Of a stretch of 64,000 bases of DNA, positions 56,454 through 64,000 are shown one piece after another. Both the position numbers and the translations under genes were made by a program. Origin of the DNA: Bacillota bacterium (lineage in GTDB: Bacteria > Bacillota > Sulfobacillia > JAJYWN01 > JAJZPE01). Below the pieces are notes generated by a model. The model was not told the DNA's origin. It searched no databases and saw only the letters and a list, made by a program, of their open reading frames with translations. The stretch's first letter is position 1; the number at the start of each line of letters is the position of its first letter. The DNA lies in assembly GCA_021787335.1 (NCBI GenBank), contig JAJYMC010000040.1:8314-72313 (forward strand). The letters run 5' to 3'.

Positions 56454-58834
56454 TGTGGCGACTCCTCCCGTAAGGCTAGCCCCAGGGCCTGCATGTACTC
56501 TGGACCAAAGTCGGCGAGGCGGGCCCGGGCCGCGCCGGCCACGGGGAGACGCCGCGACGGGTCGGGAACGATGACCTCGATCGGCTGGCCGCCCGGGTTC
56601 TTATCCCGGAGGGCTTCGTTGAGGGCGTCGGAGATGGTCTGGGCCAGGCCCGGCAGGACCGCCGCGCCGCCGACCATGAACAGCTGCCCGATGCCGTGTT
56701 GCCGGTTCTTGATGAGGTAGAACTCGAGCGACCGCCTGATCTCCAGGACCAGCTCGTCGACGACGGGCTCGACGCAGCGGGCGATGGGCGTCAGTGGCTT
56801 GGCGCCATGCTCGCGGAGGAGGGTCTCGGCCGCGGCCGGGGTCTCCTGGAAGGCCTCGGCGATGGACTGGGTGAAGACGTCGCTGCCCGCCGGGATGGTC
56901 CGGGTGAGCTGCGCCGAGTGATTGGCGAAGAGGCTGAGGCCGGCGCTGGCCGCGCCGATGTTGAGGATGGCCACCGGCCGGCCCTCGTCGTCGATGTAGC
57001 CGTTGCTCTGCAGAGCGCGGTGGACGCCCAGGAGGTCGACCTCGAGGGCGATGGGCTTCAGCTTGGCGGCCTCGAAGACGTCGGTGTAGCCGGTGACGAT
57101 GCGCTTCTGGGTGGCCACCAAGAGGACCTGCATGGCCGGTCCGGTCACCACCTGGCCCTGGGCCTGCCCCTGAGCCCCTCCGGGCCCTGGCCCGCCCGGG
57201 CCGGGCTGGGCGGCGGCGGCCTTGGCGGCCACGCCGCCGGTTATCTCGCCGAGGATGGTGAAGTCGACGATGGCGTCGTCGGCCGGGATGGGGATGTGCT
57301 GCTCGGACTCCCACTTGAGGGCCTCGCGGAGCTCCGCCTCGGGCATCACCGGGAACTGCGCCTGACGTAGGATGACGGCCTGCCCGCCGAGGGCGGCGAT
57401 GACCCGGCGCTGCTTGATGCCGGCCTTATCGAGGAGTTCGGTGACGGCGTCGGCGACGGCGGTCGGCTTGATGATGACGCTGTCCTTGACCGAGCGCTCA
57501 GGGGTCGGGCAGGACGCGAAGTTGACGACGACCGGATGGGGGCGACCCGGCGCGACCTGGACGACCTTGATCGTCCGCGAGCCGATGTCCAGGCCGACCC
57601 AGGTCCGGCCCTGCCCGCCGACCTTCGGCACCTTGGCCGGCGCCGGGGCCGGTTCGGCGACCTTGGCCGGTTCGGCCGGTCGCTCCGGTTGACGTTCGGG
57701 AACGCTTTGAGCGGGCACCGGCTTGTAGGCCTCCTCGACTGGCTTCGCGGCCGCGATTTGGGCGGGTTTGGTGACCGCGACCGGGGCCGGCTTCGCGGGC
57801 TCGACCGGGATCGGCTTGACCAAACTGGACTCGGGCATGAAGAAGCGGCGGCGGCGCGGCGGCCGCTCCGGGCGCGCGGGGCGTTCCTTGGCGGGCTTGG
57901 CCGGGCGGTGCCTGACCACGGCCCCAGAGGCCTGCGGGCGCAGGCCGGACAAGGCTTCGCGGGCGGCCCACCACAGGATGGCGACCACCGCCAACCCGCC
58001 CAACGCGAAATAGCGGAAGGGTGAACCCTCCGCCTCGAAGCGGATCTCAAGCCACGTGGCCGTGGCGATGAGGACGATCCAGACCATGATGAGGAAGGCA
58101 CGGCCGATGGCCGCCGCGGGGTTGGCCCGGTGTGGCGGCAGGGCCGGGAGGCTGGGTTCCAAGGCGACCGCTGACGCGGGCGCCGGTTGGACGACCGCTG
58201 GCGCAGGCGCGGGTTGAGCGGGCACGGACGCGGGTAGCGCGGTGGCCATCGTCGCGGCCACCTCAACGGCGCTCTCGACCGCCGCCGGCGCGCTCTCGGC
58301 CTCCTCGCGGGCCTCACGGCGGCCGGCGATGACCCCCGAGGCCAGGAGGGAGAAACCGGCGACGAACCCAAGGACCATGGCCCAGGCCCCGGCGGCCCAA
58401 AGACGCCCGGCGTGCTCGATCTGCCACCAAGTCCATTCATAATAGGTGACGACACCCAGGCTGAAGCCGAAGAGGACGACCGACACCGACAGTAAGGCCG
58501 GCATCAGCCGGGTCACGACCCCTTGGTCACCGCGACGCGACGGCAGCGGCTTCGGCTCGGCGGGCTCTCGCTCCGCTTCACGTCGCGAAAGCGCCGCGAC
58601 CACCGCCCAGGTCAAAACGGCGGCGACCATGTTCATGCCGAAGCCGATGATCCAGTACCAGCCGGTGACCTCAGGGGTCACCCGCCAGTCCGGTTCGATG
58701 CCCTGGACGTAAGGGAGGCCAAGGCCGACGGCCACGTACAAGACGGTGAAGAGGGTCAGCCCGCCGACGTAGACCGATCTCAGTTCGCGGCGGGCCGTTT
58801 GCAGTTTATCAGCCCGGCTGGAATACCGCACCAT
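56450..58834 (-). CDS. pilM: PilM (actin-like ATPase) fused to a roughly 410-aa N-terminal extension with six predicted TM helices and Pro/Ala-rich linkers
   Basis: The C-terminal roughly 385 aa are VGLDIGSRTIKVVQV... (PilM-like). The whole 794 codons form one open frame with uniform GC-rich codon usage. Confidence 0.8.
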   Translation of the reverse strand: MVRYSSRADKLQTARRELRSVYVGGLTLFTVLYVAVGLGLPYVQGIEPDWRVTPEVTGWYWIIGFGMNMVAAVLTWAVVAALSRREAEREPAEPKPLPSRRGDQGVVTRLMPALLSVSVVLFGFSLGVVTYYEWTWWQIEHAGRLWAAGAWAMVLGFVAGFSLLASGVIAGRREAREEAESAPAAVESAVEVAATMATALPASVPAQPAPAPAVVQPAPASAVALEPSLPALPPHRANPAAAIGRAFLIMVWIVLIATATWLEIRFEAEGSPFRYFALGGLAVVAILWWAAREALSGLRPQASGAVVRHRPAKPAKERPARPERPPRRRRFFMPESSLVKPIPVEPAKPAPVAVTKPAQIAAAKPVEEAYKPVPAQSVPERQPERPAEPAKVAEPAPAPAKVPKVGGQGRTWVGLDIGSRTIKVVQVAPGRPHPVVVNFASCPTPERSVKDSVIIKPTAVADAVTELLDKAGIKQRRVIAALGGQAVILRQAQFPVMPEAELREALKWESEQHIPIPADDAIVDFTILGEITGGVAAKAAAAQPGPGGPGPGGAQGQAQGQVVTGPAMQVLLVATQKRIVTGYTDVFEAAKLKPIALEVDLLGVHRALQSNGYIDDEGRPVAILNIGAASAGLSLFANHSAQLTRTIPAGSDVFTQSIAEAFQETPAAAETLLREHGAKPLTPIARCVEPVVDELVLEIRRSLEFYLIKNRQHGIGQLFMVGGAAVLPGLAQTISDALNEALRDKNPGGQPIEVIVPDPSRRLPVAGAARARLADFGPEYMQALGLALREESPH

Positions 58835-58876
58835 GGTAGGCGAAAACCCCCTCTTTTCCCTTGCCTTTCTTCGAGG

Positions 58877-60022
58877 TCAGGGCGCAATTTCCTGCCACGA
58901 GAGGATTTGGGCGGTGTTTCCCGGGGTACCCGCGGTGGCCATCGAAGCGGCGTAGGGATCGAGATAAATCTTGAACGAGTCGTTGGTGTTGCCCATGGTG
59001 TAGCTGCTGGCGATGATGGCCCCCTCGACGCTCGACGGTTGGCTGCGCGAGCAGTCGACGTTGCCCTGCACGCGATAGATGCCGACAAACTGCGAGGCGG
59101 TGTTGAAGACCAGTCGGCTCGTCGCGCCCAAGCCGATGACGTTGAGCTTGTCGCTGGAATCGCCCGAGTTATAGTAGCTCTTGTTGTCGATCCAGATGTC
59201 GCCGGTGGCGACGATGGTCCCCTTGCCTTTGGCCGTGAGGGCGCTGGCGCCGCCCAGGTGGACGTCGCCCTCGACGAGGATGAGCCGGTTCTGCGGAAGG
59301 CTCAGGTCGAGGACGCCCTGGAAGGTCTGGGGGCCGGTCAGGCGGGATGTGGCGTAAGTCCGGTAGTAATCGACCGACGGCAGGGCCGGCAGGGTGATGT
59401 CCTGGTCGTAGTAGATGCCGCCACCGACGGAGAGCTTGTTCCCGGGGTCGATGATGATGTGGCCGATGCCCAGGAACAGGTCGCCCTGGCCGTTGACCGG
59501 CCCGACCGGGGCCACGTCGACGATGGTCAGGTCCTTGTCGGTGACGACATTCCCATCGACGTAAACGTCGCCGTAGATGAACAGCTTGGACCACGAGGTC
59601 AACTGGGCGTTGACGACGAGGGCCTTGTTATCGAGGGTGTTCCCCTGCCCCACCTGCAGGGTGACCCGGATGGCCCGGCGGGCGGTGCCGGCCGTGCCCG
59701 TCGAGATCACCGTGGCGTTGCGGCCGTCCGAGGTGACCGTGGCGGTGAAGGAGCCCTCGCCGACGGCGCGCGGGCCGAGGGTGCCGTTGAAATCCGGATA
59801 GGTGGCGAGATAGTGGCGGGCCCACTCGATGCCGGCCTCGGCCACGTCCAGGGCGGCCTCGCCGCGCCGCGCGTTGTGGGCGATGGTCAGGTCGCCGGCG
59901 GTGGCCCCGACCATGGCCGAACCGAGCAGGAAGACGAGGGCCACGGCGAACATGGCGATGAGGAAGACCACGCCGCGCTCGTCGTCGCGGGCCTGGGCCA
60001 AGACTCTAGCCACGCGCTTCAT
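58877..60022 (-). CDS. PilX-like minor pilin / pilus-associated protein
   Basis: The N-terminal hydrophobic helix ERGVVFLIAMFAVALVFLLGS and the following A..L.A..AAEAG-type segment resemble the PilX N-terminal domain. Confidence 0.6.
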   Translation of the reverse strand: MKRVARVLAQARDDERGVVFLIAMFAVALVFLLGSAMVGATAGDLTIAHNARRGEAALDVAEAGIEWARHYLATYPDFNGTLGPRAVGEGSFTATVTSDGRNATVISTGTAGTARRAIRVTLQVGQGNTLDNKALVVNAQLTSWSKLFIYGDVYVDGNVVTDKDLTIVDVAPVGPVNGQGDLFLGIGHIIIDPGNKLSVGGGIYYDQDITLPALPSVDYYRTYATSRLTGPQTFQGVLDLSLPQNRLILVEGDVHLGGASALTAKGKGTIVATGDIWIDNKSYYNSGDSSDKLNVIGLGATSRLVFNTASQFVGIYRVQGNVDCSRSQPSSVEGAIIASSYTMGNTNDSFKIYLDPYAASMATAGTPGNTAQILSWQEIAP

Positions 60023-60035
60023 CGTCGGCCCCTCC

Positions 60036-60542
60036 TCACTGCGGCCCGACCCGGATGTAGCTCTCGCTGATCATCGTCAGGGTCGTCCGGTTGCGGGTCA
60101 GGCTGGTGACGGTGATGGTCACCCGGCTGCGGTCGGCCGCGAGGTCGAACTGCAGGGTCTTGACCCCGGCGGCGATGGGCTTGGAAGTGGTCACCCCGCT
60201 GACCGTCTCGTCACGAATAATCTCGTTCGTCGTCGCGTCCAGGCGGTACTTCACGGTCTTTACCGGCGACGCCGGTAGGTTGAACTGCAATGAGCCATAA
60301 GTGAAGACGCCGGCCGTGAACGAGTAGGTCCCCGCGCTGCCCTGCCGTATCTCGCGGGCCATCCGCTCGGTGGCGACGCGCAGGTTCTGCTGGGTCTCGG
60401 TGGCCGTCTCGTTCATCTGGAAGAGCTTCGCCCCGGTGGACTGGAAGATTACAATAGATGCCAAGACCATCCCCATGACGGCGATGGTCACCAGGAGCTC
60501 GGCGATGGTGAAGCCGCATTCATCCTTCCAGAAGGCTCTCAT
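60036..60542 (-). CDS. Prepilin-type minor pilin (PilW-like)
   Basis: DECGFTIAELLVTIAVMG cleavage/methylation motif. Confidence 0.65.
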   Translation of the reverse strand: MRAFWKDECGFTIAELLVTIAVMGMVLASIVIFQSTGAKLFQMNETATETQQNLRVATERMAREIRQGSAGTYSFTAGVFTYGSLQFNLPASPVKTVKYRLDATTNEIIRDETVSGVTTSKPIAAGVKTLQFDLAADRSRVTITVTSLTRNRTTLTMISESYIRVGPQ

Positions 60543-60573
60543 GCGTCACCGCCTCCGGGGCCCATTGCCCGCG

Positions 60574-61020
60574 CTAGTCCTCGGCGATCCAGGTGGTCAG
60601 CTTGACGACCTCGGCCCCTTGCTTGCCGGCCCACCGCACGGAGACGGTCACCTCGCGGATGTTGTCGATGGTGGGGTCCGGCGGGGGGCCGATGGTCACC
60701 TGATACTCATAGGAGGTCCCGGCGATGGCCGTCCACGGCTGGGCGACGACGTTGGTGAAGGGCCCGGCCCGGAGTTCCTCGATGACGGCCTGGGCCCGGT
60801 GGGTGGCGCCGGTCAGCCCCTGGGACGACGACTGCGACAAGATCCCCGTGTTGAACATGGCCAGGATAGGGGCGAAGGCGATGGCGATGAGGACCATGGT
60901 CATGAGGGCCTCGATTAGCGTGAAGCCGCGCTCGTCGTGTCCCAGCGCCCGCAGGTGCCCAAGCCTGGCGGAGTGGTTGAGGAGCCTTCGGAGCTTCCGC
61001 ATCGCGGCCATCGTCCTCAC
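60574..61020 (-). CDS. Prepilin-type minor pilin (PilV-like); start uncertain
   Basis: DERGFTLIEALMTMVLI motif. The leader is unusually long if the start is at 61020. Confidence 0.65.
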   Translation of the reverse strand: MRTMAAMRKLRRLLNHSARLGHLRALGHDERGFTLIEALMTMVLIAIAFAPILAMFNTGILSQSSSQGLTGATHRAQAVIEELRAGPFTNVVAQPWTAIAGTSYEYQVTIGPPPDPTIDNIREVTVSVRWAGKQGAEVVKLTTWIAED

Positions 61021-61088
61021 CCCCTTCCGGCCACGCTCACTTTCTGGGCTCGCGCATCCACATACTCACGCATCCACATAAACGAGAC

Positions 61089-61128
61089 GGGGCGGCGAGG
61101 CGGGCGTCAAGCCCTTCCCCGCCGCCCC
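61089..61128 (-). terminator. Hairpin (GGGGCGGCG / CGCCGCCCC) downstream of the major pilin gene; attenuator/terminator candidate
   Basis: 9-bp GC stem with a 22-nt loop, followed on the minus strand by GTCTCGTTTATG. Confidence 0.4.
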
Positions 61129-61138
61129 TTGGCTGGTA

Positions 61139-61768
61139 TCAAGGCTTCTTCAGTTTGGTGTTGATCGGTTCAGCGGCCGGGATGGCCCCAATGGCGGTCA
61201 GCGAGATGGAGTTGCCGGCGCCAATGAGGTTGACCTTCGCGCCATTGTCGAAGTAGTCGATGAGGGTGTCGTCAATGGAGGCCGGAGCGGCGACACCGCC
61301 CCAGTAGTAGGCCGTCGCACCGGCCACGGCCGGGCTCGGGTTGAGGCCCTGCGGCAGCGGAGCGCTCGCGAGGGCCAGGTCAGTTAGGGCCCCAGGGGTC
61401 TGGCCGGGGTCACCGAGGACGTACTTGGTGGCGTTGGTGCTGGCTACGCCGTCCCAGTTGACCGCGTAGAAGTAGAAGTTGTTGTAACCGTTGGCGAAGA
61501 TGAAATCCTGCTTGAGGAACCCGTTGTTGACGAGCATCTTGAGGTTCAGCGGATAGCGGCCGTACTTCAGGAAGAACTGCTCCAGCGCGCTCTCAACGGT
61601 CTTGATGTCGGCCGAGCCCTTGCCGGCCTTGGAATTCGTGATCGCGCTCATGACCCGGGGCAGAGCGATGGTCGCCAGGATGCCCAGGATGGCCACGACG
61701 GCCAGGAGCTCGATCAGGGTGAAGCCTCGCTCATCCTTCCGATGACGGTTCCATACAGCCTTCATCAT
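61139..61768 (-). CDS. pilA: Major type IV pilin (PilA/GspG-like)
   Basis: KDERGFTLIELLAVVAILGILATIALP. It is the first pilin gene, lies behind a 600-bp leader region and is followed by a hairpin. Confidence 0.8.
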   Translation of the reverse strand: MMKAVWNRHRKDERGFTLIELLAVVAILGILATIALPRVMSAITNSKAGKGSADIKTVESALEQFFLKYGRYPLNLKMLVNNGFLKQDFIFANGYNNFYFYAVNWDGVASTNATKYVLGDPGQTPGALTDLALASAPLPQGLNPSPAVAGATAYYWGGVAAPASIDDTLIDYFDNGAKVNLIGAGNSISLTAIGAIPAAEPINTKLKKP

Positions 61769-62372
61769 GTTGTAACTTACCCCCTTTGGAGTTTCCTCCT
61801 GCCCCCCAAGCGTTGCGGGTCTCTGTGTTGGTCTCGCGTCTCGGTGTTGGGCTCACGTCCGTGTTGGCCGCCATTTTAACTTGTCGGCCAAAAACATTGG
61901 CCGTCTTTCCGGGCTTATAGACGCCACCGAAAAGACGGCCAAATATCTTTGTGCCCTCTTCGGTAACCCAGCCGTCGTGGCCGCCCCGTCGCCGGGGTCG
62001 GCTGTAGACCTGTGGCTTTGCGTCACCGCCTTTCAGCGGTTTTGCCCTTGTCGGTAAGGCTCATTCACTTTTTAGGTAGGGGTGGACTTCTTCTCCACTC
62101 CTATGCAAAATCCTTCCGGTCAATGACAATTTTGGCTGTGTCCAGAATCCGTACAGCCAGATGCCCACCGGCCCCTCCTCCTGACCCGCCTTAAGCTCGG
62201 CCGGACCAGGACCCCCCAGCTAGAACCCCCTCCTCGATTTCCCTACTGGTAACCCGAGCCTATCTTACCATCCAGATGTTAACGGAACATTAAATCGACG
62301 GGCTCCCAATTGTTAAATCTCCGGCCTGCTATCCGACGCGCCCGGCAACCCCAGGTGGGGCGCGGCTCGCTC

Positions 62373-63620
62373 CTACTTGACCATCTTGAAGACGTCGAAC
62401 ATCGGCATGATCATCGAGACCAGGATGAAGGCGACGACGCCGCCGAGGACGACGATGATGAGCGGTTCGATCATGGCCGTCAGCCGCTCGACGGCCGAGT
62501 CGATCTCCTTGTCGTAGAACTCGGCGACCTTCTGGAGCATCGTGTCCATGGCTCCGGTCTCCTCGCCGACGATCATCATCTCGATGACCATCGCCGGGAA
62601 GACGCCGCTGTCGCGGAGCGGGCCGGACATCGGTAGGCCGTCGCGCAGGGCCATCTGGGCCTTGCGGACGATGCTCGCGATGAGCCGGTTGCCGACGGTC
62701 TTCTCGACCACGGACATGGCCACCATCACCGGCACGCCGCTTTTCATCAGGGTCGACAGAGTGCGGCAGAAGCGCGAGAGCGAGCGTCGCAGGACCAGGC
62801 TACCAAAGACCGGGGCCCGCAGGCTGATGGCGTCCAGGCGGAAGGCGCCCTTCTCCGTGGCCGCCCAGCGCCGGAAACCGAAGACGGCCAGGATGCCGCC
62901 GCCGAGGAAGGCGTACCAGTAGGTCCGCAGGACGTGGCTCATCCCGAGGAGGATGAGGGTCGGGGTCGGCAGGGCCACCCCCGAGGACTGGAACAGCCCG
63001 ACGAAGTTCGGGAGGACCCAGCCGACGAGGAAGATGACCACGACCACGGCGACGATGGAGACCACCAGCGGGTAGACCATCGCCGAACGGACCTTCTGGG
63101 TCACCCCGTTCTCTTTCTCAAAGTGCTCGCCCATCCGCTCGAAGACGTCTTCGAGGATGCCGCCGACCTCGCCGGCAGCGATCATGTTGGTCAGGATGAG
63201 CGGGAAGGTCGTTCCCTGTTTACGGAAGGAGTTGGTGAGCGTCTCGCCGGCCTCGATCTCTTCGGAGACCTTCTTGAGGGCGGCGCCGAGGCGCCGGTTC
63301 TCGGCCTGGTCGGCGAGGATCTTGAGGCTTGTGAGGATGGGCACGCCGGCCCCGATCATCGTGGCGAACTGCCGGCAGAAAACCGACAGCGACTTCAGCG
63401 AGACCTTGCCCGGCGCGGCCCGGCGGCTGCGGCCGAGGTTGCTGATGCTCCTGAGGTTGATGTCCCGGTTGAGCTCGATGCGGGTCACGACGTAACCGCG
63501 GGCCCGCAGCTTCTCGATGGCCTGCCGCTCGGACTCGCCCTCGACCGCGCCTTCCACGTGCTTCCCGGCCGTGTCACGGGCTCTGTAGTTGTAGCTCAGG
63601 ACGACGGACAAGGTCATCAC
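62373..63620 (-). CDS. pilC: Type IV pilus platform protein PilC (GspF family)
   Basis: 415 aa with two GspF repeats and the typical C-terminus GGVVAFILVSMIMPMF. Confidence 0.92.
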   Translation of the reverse strand: MMTLSVVLSYNYRARDTAGKHVEGAVEGESERQAIEKLRARGYVVTRIELNRDINLRSISNLGRSRRAAPGKVSLKSLSVFCRQFATMIGAGVPILTSLKILADQAENRRLGAALKKVSEEIEAGETLTNSFRKQGTTFPLILTNMIAAGEVGGILEDVFERMGEHFEKENGVTQKVRSAMVYPLVVSIVAVVVVIFLVGWVLPNFVGLFQSSGVALPTPTLILLGMSHVLRTYWYAFLGGGILAVFGFRRWAATEKGAFRLDAISLRAPVFGSLVLRRSLSRFCRTLSTLMKSGVPVMVAMSVVEKTVGNRLIASIVRKAQMALRDGLPMSGPLRDSGVFPAMVIEMMIVGEETGAMDTMLQKVAEFYDKEIDSAVERLTAMIEPLIIVVLGGVVAFILVSMIMPMFDVFKMVK

Positions 63621-63732
63621 CTATACCTTAAAGTCATTCGAGCCAGCCCGCCGGTTTATGGGGGTCAGGGGAGAGGGGATTGGGCCCAGGGATGACTTCC
63701 CAAACCCGCGGAACCGGTCGGCGCCGCTCCCC

Positions 63733-64000
63733 CTACGCGCCGTATGGGTTGCTCTGGCTGCCGCCGCCGTACCCGCCGCTGAGCTGGGCGGCCGCGCCCG
63801 GGGCCCTCACCATGAAGTCCTCCTGGGTGATCTGCCCGCGCTGATACAGCTCGCGGAGGGACGACTCCATCGACTTCATCCCGTACTTGGCCCCGGTCTG
63901 GATGGCCGACGGGATCTGGTGGGTCTTGCCCTCGCGAATGAGGTTCTTGATGGCCGGGGTGGCGACGAGGATCTCAAAGGCGGCGACCCGCCCCGAGACA
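63733..64000 (-). CDS. pilT: Twitching-motility ATPase PilT, C-terminal part (5' end outside window)
   Basis: Translation is ...AAFEILVATPAIKNLIREGKTHQIPSAIQTGAKYGMKSMESSLRELYQRGQI..., followed by a Gly-rich tail and a stop at 63733. Confidence 0.8.
   Translation of the reverse strand, partial: VSGRVAAFEILVATPAIKNLIREGKTHQIPSAIQTGAKYGMKSMESSLRELYQRGQITQEDFMVRAPGAAAQLSGGYGGGSQSNPYGA

Overview
Very GC-rich bacterial chromosomal window. The gene content looks like a high-GC Firmicutes-like lineage (Symbiobacterium / Thermaerobacter / Limnochordia type), but this cannot be proven from sequence alone. No rRNA, tRNA or CRISPR array was seen.

Left third (1-24 kb): a patchwork accessory region.
- A decayed AbiEi/AbiEii pair and a SEC-C/TPR plus pRiA4b-ORF3-like gene pair.
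- A saccharopine-dehydrogenase-family gene with an amino-acid ABC importer, under a divergent GntR regulator that has a perfect palindromic operator.
- HXXEE and HD-domain genes, an ABC-2 exporter, and an ECF sigma / anti-sigma / Yip1 / beta-propeller set.
- fabI, two GNATs, a beta-lactamase-like hydrolase, a GH4 6-phospho-beta-glucosidase and a kinase-like gene.
- A frameshifted MazF-like toxin, GrpB, and an internally deleted MFS gene.

Middle (24-31 kb):
- A 1049-aa leaderless protein with Ig-like repeats and a VWA domain.
- A 1033-aa FAD/Fe-S oxidoreductase with an odd Met-rich tail.

From 31 to 53.6 kb, almost everything is on the minus strand and relates to envelope metal or redox biology.
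- A triple-HTH regulator, lgt and a DUF302 gene.
- An ArsD-like gene with an in-frame TGA at a metal-binding Cys position, which is a selenoprotein candidate.
- FmdB.
- An uncharacterised four-gene operon behind a clear sigma-54 promoter. It encodes a Gly/Tyr/Met-rich PepSY-like protein, two TM zinc-ribbon proteins and a methyltransferase.
- An NtrC-type two-component system sitting directly behind a variant System I ccm operon (CcmE carries CxxxY, no ccmH, two extra genes).
- csoR-copA-copZ, a TlpA/ResA-like gene with ccdA, and a RACo-like ASKHA protein.

Right end (53.6-64 kb):
- An odd 7 x 12-nt array of alternately inverted repeats.
- A gutted TnpB (IS605-family) remnant.
- A type IV pilus cluster running from pilT to a fimT-like gene, including a PilM fused to a 6-TM extension.

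My best candidate for a new system is the sigma-54-controlled Gly/Tyr/Met-rich operon, together with its ccm-linked sensor pair and the neighbouring TGA-containing ArsD-like operon.
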